Assembly (NCBI RefSeq): GCF_009914755.1
Contig: NC_060928.1
DNA length: 64,000 nt
DNA from: the human T2T-CHM13v2.0 reference genome, Homo sapiens
Strand: one strand, 5' to 3'
In this document: positions 36,683-50,340 of the stretch, piece after piece
How positions within the stretch are numbered: position 1 is the stretch's first letter
Layout of the letters: every line of letters begins with the position of its first letter
Notes under the pieces: model-generated
Seen by the model: the letters and a program-made list of their open reading frames with translations, nothing else
What the model was told of the DNA's origin: nothing
The model's database searches: none
Translations under genes and position numbers: made by a program

Positions 36683-39586
36683 TGGTGACTCCCTAGTTGG
36701 GGCTATAGTATATCATCAACCTTTGGTAAAGAAGAGATAGTTGGTTTGCTAACCACATAAGAAATTGTTTCAAGATAACATCATTTTTTTATAAATGCAG
36801 ACTTCTTCAGGCAACTTTTAAAGACTTTGATAAACTATTTTTTACCTCCAATTGGTTTTATAACTGTTCCAATCAGAGAATAAATTATCTTTGCAGAATA
36901 AAATATATAGGACATTATGTTAGTGTTTTATTGAGTCTTGTACATATATATATATACAAACAAATCATAAGTAAATTTCCATTACTGTTGTGCTGCAAAG
37001 AAATTGAGACTATTGACATATTTTAGTATAATTTCTTATAAAGTGTTACTATATAACCAAGAAATTATAATTTGCTAGATTCTTAGAAATCTTCAATCAA
37101 AGTAAGCCTTGTAAATGGATTTACTGGCAAAGACCTAGATCTTTGGTGAGATAATATTGAAAACTTTCCTACCTTTTTGGATAGGGAGACTATGGAGTGT
37201 TACAAAGCATCTTTTATTTTGATGACTGTTGCTGCACTGGGCCACTCTGACCTCAGAAGCTGAATCACATGTCTGCCTGGAAATGAGCTGTTGTTCTTAC
37301 CCATATCATTAGATGGTCTCAGGAGAGATTTTTCCTGTTGGCTCAAAAAGAGCCTAAAATTCCAGATAAATTGGGGAAGGATAAAGGGAAAGGTTTACAT
37401 CTATTTATTATCAAGAAAAACAAATTTCTAGTTCTTTCTCAGTTACATAAAAGAAAATTGAAATCTGAAAAAAATTTTAATATTATTTTTGCTATAATAT
37501 TATTTTGTTCTAATTATAAAGACAACCTCTATTGAAGACAATCCAGAAAGGGAAAAAAACTATAAAAACATTAAAGTCACCCATAACTTTACCACCCTAA
37601 GATATTACTATTATTATTTGGATTTTTGTCCTACTAGTATTCCTTTATTTAGGGAGATATATATTGGCAATATGAAAATTCATATCAATATAAGGACAAA
37701 TACAGATATAGATAAATACATAGATGATAATATTTTTTTCAAAACTTGAATTATTCTTTCAACTGCTATAAGAAAGTCCTTCAAAGATATATCTGAGAGG
37801 TAGCTAGCTCTCAGTCTATTCAATGGAACACATTAATTAATATTGATTAGCTGTAACATATGCAGTAATGTAACACGTAGTCTCTCAAGAGACTTTTATT
37901 ATTTCCCTCATTTACATAGGGATTCATAGAAAAATAAAGTTAAAGTCATACTTGGTCAGGAGCATAGAGAAGGGTTTTCTAAACTTCCTCAAGACATATG
38001 CACTTAATAGAAAATATATAATTTTTTATTTGAGGACACACTTTAATGGCATAAAGTCATTTTGAAATAATTCTTTTAATGTTCCTGTGTGTCTTAGACC
38101 CTATATAGAGCAGTAAATATGAAGTGCAATTAGCTGATTATCTAAGGATTTAAATAGAAGGTTTTCCAGTTGTGAGTGTATTATTTTTGGAAATGTTACA
38201 TGCATAGCCCTCTGCCAGGTGTGATGTTCAGTGTTAATGGGATTAATCCTCACATTAACCGTATTAGAGGGATTAACATTTTTGGTCTGGAGAACACTGG
38301 ATTAAAGCAGTGCTTCCTTAAAATGGTTCCAGAGTCAAATAAGATTGGGAATAGTTTCAACTCTTCTTAGAAACTGGGAGTGCATATGAGCAAGTCAATG
38401 CGTGAGGCTTCCTGCAGTAGAAATACCTACCTCTCTCTCTCCACCCCAGGTCCTAGTCAGATTGGCAGTTGGGAACCTTTTGCTTGGGTTCTATGGGGAA
38501 CCCTTTTTAACAAGGCCTAAATTAGATAATCTCAACTTTTTTTCATATCCTAGCAAAAGGAATGTTCTTTTCCTCTTTATTTTTTTTTCAAAGGACATTT
38601 CCTTGGGACTTGACTTTTTTCTTGATTAATATGGTAAGATCTGGAGGGACTGATATTAGAGTTAGGCCCTAAAAAAAGAGACAAGGAAGATGTTCAGCAT
38701 GTTTCTTATAGGCTGTAGGTCAACCAGCTTCAAGGAAGACAATCCTTGGTGTTTTCTCATGGTTCAGCCTAGCTTTGAAGGGAATGCAATGGGATTTGGA
38801 ACAAAAGCCTAACAATTCAAAATGATGTATATTTACATATTAGTGAGAAGGGTGGAACCTTCCAATGTTTGGTCAAACTGGTATTTCTTCTCCAGGAAAC
38901 TCTGAGATGTATGTCATAAGCAGCAAACATGTGTCCTAAGTCTTTGTCACAGGCAAGAAAATGCACATGCTTAATATGACAGAAAAAAATTATAATTTAG
39001 AATATGAATAAAAAGTGGTTTTATACCATGGTAAGCTTACATGCAAATATCCAGCCTTATGATACTTAAAAGTATGTGTGAAATATGGATGAAATTTTAT
39101 GTGAGTAAATTTTGTAATAAAAACATAATTCAAATTCTTATAAGTTAAAATAGAACCTATCCTTTTTAGGTTGAAGGGCCTCATTTATTGAATTTGGAAA
39201 AAACTGGAAAAGCTTAGTTAAATTAATAAAATGAATACTCTTCTGCTGCAATTAAAAATCTATGCTTTACTTTACAGTCAAATATTATCATTTCAACCAT
39301 TTGACCACTCCAGTCCATCAAGTTAATGGTCAATATGTTTGAATCTGGTCCACTTAGTGATAGAAGACCAGAAACACAACCAGCTGTTAGACTACGCTTA
39401 CTAGTGAGTTTGACCATAAACATGGACTGTCTTCTGATTCCTTTTCCTCAACGTAGACTACAGGGCTGATTTCCATTGTGCCTTCTAATCATTAAAATAT
39501 ATTGTAATCAGGAAATTGATATTTTTTTTAAAAAAGACTAGAATTCTCAAGACTTGCATACACACAGCAGTAATATTATTAGTGCT

Positions 39587-41871
39587 TGTATTAGTCAGTT
39601 TTCACACTGATATAAAGAACTGCCCAAGACAGGGTAATTTATAAAGGAAGGATGTTTAATTGACTCACAGTTCCACAGGGTTGGGGAGGCCTCAGGAAAC
39701 TTACAAACTTGGTGGAAGGGGAAGCAAACATGTCCTTCTTCACATGGCAGCAGTAAGAAGAAGTGCAGAGCAAAGGGGAAAAAGCCACTTATAAAATCAT
39801 CAGATCTCGTGAGAACTCGTTATCACAAGAACAGCATGGGGATAACTGCCCCCATGATTTAATTACCTCCCACTGGGCTCCTCCCATGACGTGGGGATTA
39901 TGGGAACTACAATTCAAGATGATATTTGGGTGGTGGTACAGCCAAATCACATCATTCCACCCTTGGCCCCTTCCAAATCTCATGTTCTCACATTTCAAAA
40001 CACAATCATGCCTTTCCAATAGTCCCTGAAAGTCTTAGCACATTCTAGCATTAAACCAAATGTCCAAGTCCAAAGTCTCATCTGAGATAAGGCAAGGCCC
40101 TTCCACCTATGAGCTTGTAAAATCAAAAGCAAGTTAGTTACTTCCTAGATACAATGGGGGTACAAGCATTAGTTAAATATACCCGTTCCATATGGAAGAA
40201 ATTAGCCAAAATGAAGGGGCTATAGGCCCCATGCAAGCCCAAAATCCAATAGGGCAGTCATTAAAATTTAAAGTTCCAAAATGATCTCCTTTGACTCCAT
40301 GTCTCACACCCATGTCATGCTGATGGAAGAGGTAGGCTCCCACAGCCTTAGGCAGATCCACCCCTGTGGCTTTGCAGGGTACAGCCCCGCTCCTGGCTGC
40401 TTTCATGGGTTAGCATTGAGTGTCTGCAGTTTTTCCAGGTGCATGGTGCAAGCTGCCAGTGAATCTACGATTCTGGGGCCTGGAGGATGGTGGCCCTCTT
40501 CTCACAGCTCCACTAGGCAGTGCCCTTATGTGTGGGAATTCCAACTCCACATGTGTCTTCCACATTGTCCTAGCAGTTGTTCCCCTTGAGGGCTGTGCCC
40601 TGCAGCAGTCTTCTGCCTGGACATCCAGGTATTTCAATATGTCCTCTAAAATCTAGGTGGACATTCCCAAACCTCAATTCTTGTCTTCTGCACACCTGCA
40701 GGACCATCACTGTGTGGAAGCCACCAAGGGTTGGGGCTTGCACCTTCTTTGGCAATGGCCCAGGCTGTACCTTGACCCCTTTTAGCCATGGCTGGAACTG
40801 AATCAGCTGGGACACAGAGCACCATGTCTCAAGGCTCCATAGAACAGGGGACCCTGGGCCTTATCCACAAGGCCATTTTTCCCTCCTAGTCCTCCAGAAC
40901 TGTGATGGGAGGGGCTGCAGTGAAGGTCTCTGACATGCCCTGGAGACATTTTCCCCATTGTCTTGGTAATTAACATTTGGCTCTTCATTACTTATGTAAA
41001 TTTCTGCAGCTGGCTTGAATTTCTCTCCAAAAAATGGGCTTTTCTTTACTACCACATTGTCAGGCTACAAATTTTTCCAACTGTCATGCTCTGCTTCCTC
41101 TTGAACACTTTGCTGCTTAGAAATTTCTTCTGCCAGATACCCTAAATCATTTCCCTCAAGTTCAAAGTCCCACAGACCTCTAGGGCAGGGTCAAAATGCT
41201 ACCTTTAGCTCATTGCTAAAGCATAATAATAGTCACCTTTGCTTCAGTTCCCAACAAGTTTCTCATCTTCATCTGCATCTGAGACCAACTCAGCCTAGAC
41301 TTCATTGTCCATATCACTATCAGCATTTTGGTCAAAACCATTCAACAAGTCTCCAGGCAGTTGCAAACTTTCCACATTTTCCTGTCATCTTCTGAGCCCT
41401 CCAAACTGTTCCAACCTCTGCATGTCACATAGTTCCAAAGTCACTTCCACATTTTTGGATATCTTTATAGCAGCACCCCACTCCCCGTACCAATTTACTA
41501 TATTAGTCCATTCTCACACTGCTATAAAGAACTTCCTGAGACTGGGTGATTTATAAAGGATAGGGTTTTAGTTGATTGACAGTCCTGCAGGGCTGAGGAG
41601 GCCTCAGGAAACTTACAATCATGGCAGAAGGGGAAGCATGCACATCCTTCTTCACATGGCAGCAGGAAGGAGAATTGCAGAGTGAAGGAGGAAAAGCCCT
41701 TTATAAAACCATTAAGTCTTGTGAGAACTCACTTACTATCACAAGAACAGCATGTGGGTAACTGCCCCATGATGCAATTACCTCCTATCGGGTCCCTCTC
41801 ACAACACGTGGGGATTATGGGAACTACAATTCAAGGTGAGATTTGGATTGGGATACAGCCAAACTTTGTCA
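39587..41871 (-). mobile_element. Full-length THE1 (THE1D-like) MaLR: LTR 39587-39954, internal 39955-41498, LTR 41499-41871
   Basis: Two homologous LTRs flank ~1.54 kb of THE1-int. TSD GTGCT (39582-39586) / GTTCT (41872-41876). Confidence 0.93.
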
Positions 41872-44235
41872 GTTCTCGAAAGAAATTTCCTGACAGTGTT
41901 TTTATTATGAATCTCCCTTACCCAGAATGGTATGGAAAAAAACATTGAGTTCACCAAGAGCAACCTGCCAGAAAGCTTAAGGGCCTCCATCACATTCCCT
42001 TCTTTGGATGGAAGAACAGTTCTGTTAGTTTCACACTGGCTTTGCATGCAGAGTTTCACTGTGGCGAAGGGCTCGTCCATAACATTTTTCATCATTCTTT
42101 TCAACCTGAGATTAACAAGCAAGTGCAAAGTGATTTCAGACTTTGCTCAGGGAACCTGAAGTGTCTTGTTCATAGGCGTCTGAATTTTTCAACTCTCATA
42201 AATTCTTCTACTGATATCCCAATGGTCCAAAACATTTAGTAAGTTAGAGCGTGTGTAATGCACTGTGGTGTTGGAGTTGACACTGCATCTGTATACAATA
42301 ACAACTTGACTTCAGGTAGTGCATAAATCCTGTGGGTTACATTTATCAGAGCTGTAAAAATAGCCACAGAATACAAAGTCTGTAACACTTAATTTATTTT
42401 GCTGATTGGATGTCCCACAGAGTTTAAACTTTAAACATATTTTCTTCTTACTTTGTTTTGTTCTTCCCCATTCTTTAACAGTTTGAGAATATTGATTTAG
42501 CATGACATTCCTACCTCCTTAAGTAACAAAGTTTGGAAAAAATTAGTGGAGAGGTGTTCCGAAATAGAGTTGCTCACATGCCAGAATTTTACTCTTACAT
42601 ACTCTGATTTGGTGATGTACCTGCCCGTACACATTAGTGTCACCAGAAAACATTTCCTTCACTCTGTTTCTCATTATATCTCAGATCAAAATGTTCTTTA
42701 GACATAAATGTGCAAACCAAATTGCCTTATTGTTATTGGTGAACCACACCTCAGGTAATACTGCTAAGTTCATTCAATTGTTAATAGATATAAATATTTG
42801 CTAAAGCAGATTACAAGATTGTTAATGTTAAAGTGAGTGCAAATGCTCAGTTCTCTCATCACCACCTTACTGTTGTGCTTGATGTATACCTAAAACACAA
42901 CTCTGGATTTAATCCAAATGTTTGAAAATACATGTTAAACACACACACATACACGCAAGCACACACACACACACATACACACACATTCTGCCTTAGTTCT
43001 ACCTGTTTTGAACTCTCAGATAATGAGAGACACGTTTACTTTAAATGCTAAGATTTTGCCTCCAAACCTGTGGAAAGTCTCTAGCATAGGTAAAGCTTCA
43101 TGCTATACATACATAGTTTTGTAAATTCTCACAATTCTCCCCAAGTTTACAAAAGCAAAACCTGTAATCACTTACTTAAACATCTATAGTTGTGGTTGTG
43201 AATTTGAATTCAGATCTGTATTACCAATTGCCTTTTTTTTTTCTACTACTTAACTACGAACAATTAACTAAATTTGGTTCAATGGTCACCAAACTTCATT
43301 GACTGTCTGGGGTGGTGCATTATTGTAGTAAAAGGGAGTTTAGTCTTTTCCAGAAGAGTTTATTCAGAGATCTTTTACAAGACTTAAGTTTCTAGCTTTG
43401 GCACTAAATTAAAAATTGTAATTTAATTATAATGACAATGTAAATAATAAACTCATAATTATTCTAAGCAGATATGAGAAATAAATCTAGTATCTTATGA
43501 TTATAAAAATACATATTAATAACATATAATTTGAGTCCCAATTTTTAAACTATAAATATGATATGCAATGAATGCCTCATAGTTAAGTGATCAAAAGAAA
43601 TTTCCTGACATTGTTTTTACTGTGAATCTTTCTAATATTTTCTAAACTTTCCTTTAAGAAAGTTTTCTTCTACATTTTTTCATTCCAAGGAAGTTTTCTT
43701 CATAATGACTTCCTTTTATAAACTTTAAACGGGATAAGAATTTATGGAAATTTTTAAACTCTTCTCCTTTACAAATGGAGGTATTTCAATATTTCAAAAT
43801 TATAAATAAAATATATGATTTTAAAAAGAACAAATAGTTAATGTAAAATACAGAAAGCAGCATGCTTTAGACTATCAAATTTCAGTATTTTTCTGAAACA
43901 AGCTTGCAACAAAAACATTTTTAATGGTTAAATTTAGCCAAATAACTAAATTTTTTGAAAACTACAAATGGAATTCAAATAACTTATAATTAACTGATGA
44001 TGTTTTTAATAACTATTGCTTGAATTAACTCATGCTTTAAAAATCCGCACATTGAAATTTATATCTAAATTCAATATGCAAGGAAAAGGTTTAGAACAGC
44101 TGAATATATGTCTGATTCCAAAAAGTCCTGTTAGCCTAGCAAGTTAGCACACCAAAGTTCACATCTAAACTTTACCCCAGAATTGACAGTTTATTTGATA
44201 TAAATGATTAACTTTATGAAAACTAGTTATTGTCA

Positions 44236-44876
44236 ACAGAGCTGGTGAAGTTGCAGAGAAAAGGGAACATTTATACACTGTTGGCAGGAGTTTAAATTAG
44301 TTCAACCATTGTGGAAAAGAGTGTGGTGATCCCTCAAAATGCTAAAAACAGAACTACCATTTGACCCAGCAGCCTCATTACTGGGTATATATGTAAAGGA
44401 ATATAAATCGTTCTGTCATAAAGACACGTGCATGAATGTGTTCATTGTTCACAATGGCAAAGACATGGAATTAACCTAAATGTCTATCAACCACAGACTG
44501 AATAAAGAAATTGTGGTACATATATACCATGGAATACTATGTAGCCATAAAAAAGAAAAAGATCTTGTCCTTTGCAGGAACATGGATAGAGCTGGAAACC
44601 GTCATTCCTAGCCAACTAATGCAGGAACAGAAAAGCAAATACTGTTTGTTCTAACTTATAAATGGGAGCTAAATGATGAGAACACATGGACACAAAGAGG
44701 ACAACAATAGGCACTAGGGGCTACCTGAGGGTAGAGGGTGGAAGCAGAAAAAAATGACTATTTAGTACTAAGCTTAGTACCTGTATGACAATCTGTACAA
44801 CAAACTCCCGTGACATTTACCTATATACCAAACCTGCACATGTACCCTGAACTTAAAATAAAAGTTAAAAAAAAAA
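44236..44876 (+). mobile_element. 5'-truncated L1PA15/16-like element
   Basis: ORF2 C-terminus plus 3' UTR ending aacttaaaataaaagttaaaa. TSD core TTATTGTCA at 44227-44235 and 44877-44885. Confidence 0.88.
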
Positions 44877-47392
44877 TTATTGTCATCACTGACTATTCTA
44901 AAAACAGAATAGTCTTGGAAGTATGAACTCTGGGTTCTCTACAAGATTTTTGCTTTCCTCTGCAGTTCTCAGTATACACTATTGGAAATGCTTCCACATA
45001 AAAAAAGCAACTTGGATAATTTAATAAACATTCAATAACGTTATCTTACTAATTTTTTTCTAATCTTTGGCTCTCAGTCTCTCAACTCATCACAAACTTA
45101 CCATTTTATTCTTAAAATAAGTACTTATATTTTAATGTATGCAGAGCCTTTGCAATTGTGCACTTCAAAGTATTTAAATAAAATAAAACATAAGTTGTTT
45201 GTTCCTTTCTATGTTCCTATGTCCCTGGGCTGTTCCTTTATTTCAAAGTTTTACATTTTTTTGCTTGGTTGTTTTTTTTTTTTTTCTTGGACCATTTTAT
45301 CTTCTTTTCTATATTGTAATCATTATTTTTTCTACCCATTTTTACCTTTTTTCACTCATGCCCTCCTCCCATTCTATTCAACCAAACTCACATTTGAAGA
45401 TATTATTCTGACATAAATATAAATCAGCTTACAAGAATTTTCACATCAAATATACAAGTAAATGTGTTTATTTTAAAAAGAACGAGCATCAAAATCTTTT
45501 CTGCCTCAAGTTTAGTATTAACATAGAATTTTGATAGACTTGGAACCAGGTATCCACTCCAAATGAGATATTTTTATGCCATTATTTGTCTGTATGCCAA
45601 AAGAAAATTCAAACTGAGTGCATTCATCATTCAAATTGATGTCAGGCTTAGAGTGTTAAGAAAAAATCTGGCTGGAATAAGATTCTAGTCAATACCATAA
45701 ATCTCATTATGACTTTCATGTCACACTGAAGTACATCACATTGACCTCAAAAGCCATACCACACATCAGAGAAAGGAAATCAGAATCACTTCTGTCAGCA
45801 TCAGCACAATGCCATAAGAAGCACTTCTTGAAGGGAAAATAATTTATAAAAAAAGGAAAAGGCACTTGTTTTACATTCAAGAAATCTGTGTTCATTTATT
45901 TAATATTTTTTCATACCATGCAAAAAATGGTTTAGTTTTTGACACTATAACACACTTAGAACTGAGTTTCAAAAGCAAAATTTGTCTGAAATTGCCTCAA
46001 AATAAAAAAAAAATATATGTACTGTATTCTACTTTTATTTGAGGAAAGCTGACCTCTGGGCACTAAATCACTATTATTTAATACCTTCTTTCTTTTAGAG
46101 ACAAAATATTAAGCATTTGATCCTCTAAATAAAATGTTCTACTTATTGAGAAAGTTGACTATTTTGTGGGTCTTTCAAGCAACCTATCAGAGGAAAATGA
46201 ACAAAATAATAATTACATGCTAGTGCCTAATAGAAAGCTAGGTGCAATGAAAAATGAAAAAGAAATATAAGATATAGTGCCTCTTCAAGATCTTAAATTA
46301 CCTCCACTGGGAAAATTAACATTTCGGCTGCAGCTACAGAATAGTTAGCCATCAACTTATTATTATACCCCTGCCTTCCACACATTACAGCAGGAGAATA
46401 GACAAGGAGTCCAGGGGTAGAATGAGCGAGAAAGGTTCGTCCCTATTCTGCATGGCCTAAGAGAGACCTTGGAGAACACCTCACCATATCAATGAGTCAT
46501 CCGTCGAAAGAGCCACTTGGTGCAGCTGGGCAACAGTGCCCTTGGAGGACATAGGCTTGGCCACCTCTGGGCTACTGTCTCCCTCATTGTGTGAGGACTG
46601 CAAAAGGGGTAGGGTGTTAACAGACAGAGCAGAGCTGCAGTCGGACCACAGACAAGGGAGAGGTGACACACTGGCCCACGCGTATGGCTCAAGCCCAAGG
46701 GTCAGTGGTTAACCCAGAGCTCTGAACCCAGAGTTCTGTGTCTGATATGTCAGAATCACCCCAAATCAAGTTTCAGCCCCATTCTGGCAGCACTAACTCA
46801 CATGATCCCATAAAAGAAATACTGTACTAGTCAATAGGAGTGATCCACTGGCCAGGCTACCCTCCTGAAATGTGGGCACACTCCCAAGGACCAGGAAGAA
46901 CCCAGAGGCCTGAGTCTGGAGCTCCTAGAGTCTTGTTGTGGACCTCAAAAACAGGAGTGCGGAATAGAGGGGAAGCCAACACTCTAAAGAGAAGAAAGAG
47001 GGACCAGCCATAACAGAGGTCTTGGTCCACTCTGATTCCCCACCCAAAAAGCACTGCCTACCCTAGTCCCCTCCACCATTATATACCACTGTAAGAATAA
47101 TGAGAAATTTTTTATAAAGGCACCTCCAAAACATGGGGCCCCCTGAAATGTAAATTTTTCCTCCCTGCATCTAAGGACATTACTGTCAGAAAGAAGGAAC
47201 TGGAGCAAGAATTTGAAAGATAGTAAGGTTCCAGATAAAAAGAAAATAGTATTTGACAGTGAGTGAGAGAGAAAAGTTGGGAGGCAGCAAGGGAGCCATC
47301 CCAGCTGACAAAGAAGAAAATAAATATATTATATGGGAGAAGTAGGAAAAATACTAGCACTTCAAGTCACTACATGAAGGTGGGCTGAGGAA

Positions 47393-47720
47393 TTGTGAAT
47401 ATTCTGGAATGGCTTATGCATTTTCGGTTCCAACTTCTGTTTAATATATCTTAACATACAATACTATGAAACCTGAATAGCTAAGGAACACATTGCTCAC
47501 ACTTCATTGCAGCTAGGATTCCAGCTGAGACATAGGTTTCCCTCCATTAGTTTGGAAGAGTGTTTGAGGAGAGAGAGGCAGGTGCTAAGCATCCAGTTTG
47601 GTGGTGTGAACTATGGCATTGTAGAGGCAACTTCCTCGTTAGGCAAGAGGCTTCGCGATTTTGGCAGAGACTGAGTGGTTTTGAAACAACAGTTACAGAA
47701 GGGATTTCCCTAATTTGGCA
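47393..47720 (+). mobile_element. Old ERVL-type LTR fragment (LTR33/LTR16-like)
   Basis: Motif cacatt...cattgcagctagg...gagacataggtt. Diverged. Confidence 0.4.
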
Positions 47721-48435
47721 TGCAGTTTCTTTTTAGTTTGGTCAGTACATTTTGAAGTATAATCTACATACAATGAAATTTCTATATTTTAAAGTGTACA
47801 ATTCATGAGCTTTGGCCAATGTGTACAGTAATCTACACACCGCCACAATTAAGATATAGAATGTTCTCATCACCCCCTAAAGTATGCCTTTTGGCCCTTT
47901 GTATTTGATCCTCAACTCCCACACTGGCCCCATTGATCCACTTTTTTAGTACTATAGAGTGACTTTTTCTTGAATTTCACTTAACTGGAACTGAACAGTC
48001 TGTACTGTTTTTTGGCTATGGCTTCTTTCCCATAGACTAATGCTTTTGAGAGTCATCCATGCGTTCTATTTATCAGTAGTTTATTCCTTTTGCTTGCTGA
48101 GTACTATTCCACTATAAAGATATGCCACGATTTGTTCATTCATTCACCAGTCTATGGACATTTGAATTCCTCATAGTCTGTGTCTAATATTAATAAAGTG
48201 GGTATGAACACACAAGTCTGTGTAGACAAAGGTTTTTATTTTTCTTGGTTAAATATCTATTAGTAGGATTATTGGATATGATAAGCACATGTTTAATGTT
48301 ATTAGAAACTGCCAAAGATTTTGTTAACACTTTTCATTCTTACTAGTAATATATGAGTTCCTTTTATTCCACATCCTAGTCATCTTTGGTATTATAGGTC
48401 ACTTTAATTTTAGCTATTCTGGTGTGTGTGTAGTA

Positions 48436-48636
48436 TCAGATTTCTTAACCTCAGCACTATAGACATTTGGGGCCAGATAATTTTTGTCCTGTGCATTGTA
48501 GGATATTTAGCAATATCCGTATCCTCTACCCTCTAGATGTCAGTTAGCATCCCTCCAGTTATAACAACCCAAACTGTATTCAGACATTGAAAAAAGGCTC
48601 CTGGAGGAAAACGCCTCCCCATATTGAGAACCACTA
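48436..48636. mobile_element. MER20 hAT DNA transposon
   Basis: tttcttaacctcagcactatagacatttggggccagataatt...ttgagaaccact. Degenerate 8-bp TSD GTGTAGTA/ATGTAGTG. Confidence 0.85.
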
Positions 48637-50033
48637 ATGTAGTGCTACATCATTGTGGTTTTAATTTACATTTCTCTAATGATGAATGACAGTGAACATC
48701 TTTGCATGAGCTTATATATAGGACCCTGCAGGTTATTTATTTCCTCAGTGGAGCTTTGATAGTTTGTATCTTTCAAGAAAATCATCCGTTTTATCTGAGC
48801 TGTCAAATTTATTAACATAAAGTTGTTCATAATATTCCCTTATTATGCCTTTACTATCTGTAGGTTATGGAGCGATGTGTCCCCTTTTGATGCCTGATAT
48901 GAATAATTTATTTCTTTTTCTTGATCAACCTAGCTGGAGGTTTACCAGTTTAATTGGTGTGTTCAAAGAACAAGCTTTTGGTTTCGCAGATGTTCATTGT
49001 TTTTCTGTCCTTAATTTTATTTCTTCTTTTATGTTTATTATTTTATTTTTTTCTTATCTCAGATTATTGAATTGTGGCCATTTTTCCTAATATGAGAATA
49101 TTTTTGCTACCGTTTTCCCCTAAGCACTGCTTTGGTTCATTCTAAAATTTGTTATATATTTATTTCAATTTATTTCAAATATTTTCTAAATGCTCATGAT
49201 TTTTGCTTTGACCCATGGATTATATAAAAGTTTTTAAATTTTTTTCTCAAATTATTTTTATTTGTAAAATTTTTATTTCAGTTTGGTTTTGAAAGATACT
49301 TTCAGTGGGTATAGAACTCCAGTTTTACAGGGTTTTTTTTAAAACATTTTAAAGATGTCACTGAATTTTCTCTAGCTTGCGTAGTTTCTGATGGATACCT
49401 TTTGTAATTCTTACCCTTTTTTCTCTGCATGTGAATGTCCTTTTCTTTGTTTTTTAAGATTTTGTCCTGGATTTTTCACACTTTGATGTATTTTTCACAA
49501 TTTTTGATGTACTGGTTCCTTGGTGTAATTTTATTTTTTACATGTTTGTTCTGCTTGGTTTTTATTGAGCTTCTAACAGCTGTGAGTTTATAGTTTTTAT
49601 TAAATTTGAAAAATTTTAAGACTTTATTTCTTCAAGCATTTTTTTTCTAAGCTCCCTCTCTACCACTCTCCCAGATCCTCCTGTTATCCATCTCCTCTCC
49701 TTCTAGAACTCCAATTACACATGTTATCCTACTGAGCCACTGTTTTTTTATTGTTTCTATCATTACAGCTTTGAGAGTTCACTGATTTTTTTCCTTGAGC
49801 AGTGTCTCTAATCTGCTGTTAATTCCATCAAATGTATTATTTATTTCAGGTATTATATATTTTCTCTCTAAAACTTAATTTGGGTTATTTTCACGTCTTC
49901 CATATTCTCTTCTTACCATATAAATTTTTTAGCATATTTATCAAATATATATTAGGTGTTTTACATTTGGCGACCAGTCATTTCTACTTTGTCATTTCTG
50001 AGTATATTTCCGTTAATTAATATTTTATTTCAG

Positions 50034-50304
50034 GGCTGGGTGCAGTGGCTCACACCTGTAATCCCAGCACTTTGGGAGGCTGAGGTAGGTGGAACACATG
50101 AGGTCAGGTGTTCAAGACCAGCCTGGACAACATGGTGAAATCCCATCTCTAATAAAAATACAAAAATTAGCTGGGCGTGTTGGTGGGTGCCTGTAATCCT
50201 AGCTATTCAAGAGGCTGAGGCACGAGAATCACTGAAACCCAGGAGGCAGAGGTTGCAGTGAGCCAAGATTGTACCATTGCACTCTGGTCTGGGCAACTAG
50301 ACTG

Positions 50305-50337
<33 letters not shown>
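50034..50337 (+). mobile_element. Alu (AluS) with its tail converted to (AT)n
   Basis: ggctgggtgcagtggctcacacctg...; TATTTCAG present on both flanks. Confidence 0.93.

Positions 50338-50340
<3 letters not shown>

Noticed and set aside
39763-41948. Dense cluster of ORFs on both strands
   Set aside because: All lie in or overlap the non-autonomous THE1 element, and the higher GC lowers stop-codon frequency.
41799-42128. 109-aa minus-strand ORF as a retrogene
   Set aside because: No recognisable protein, poly(A) or TSD, and it runs into the THE1 LTR.
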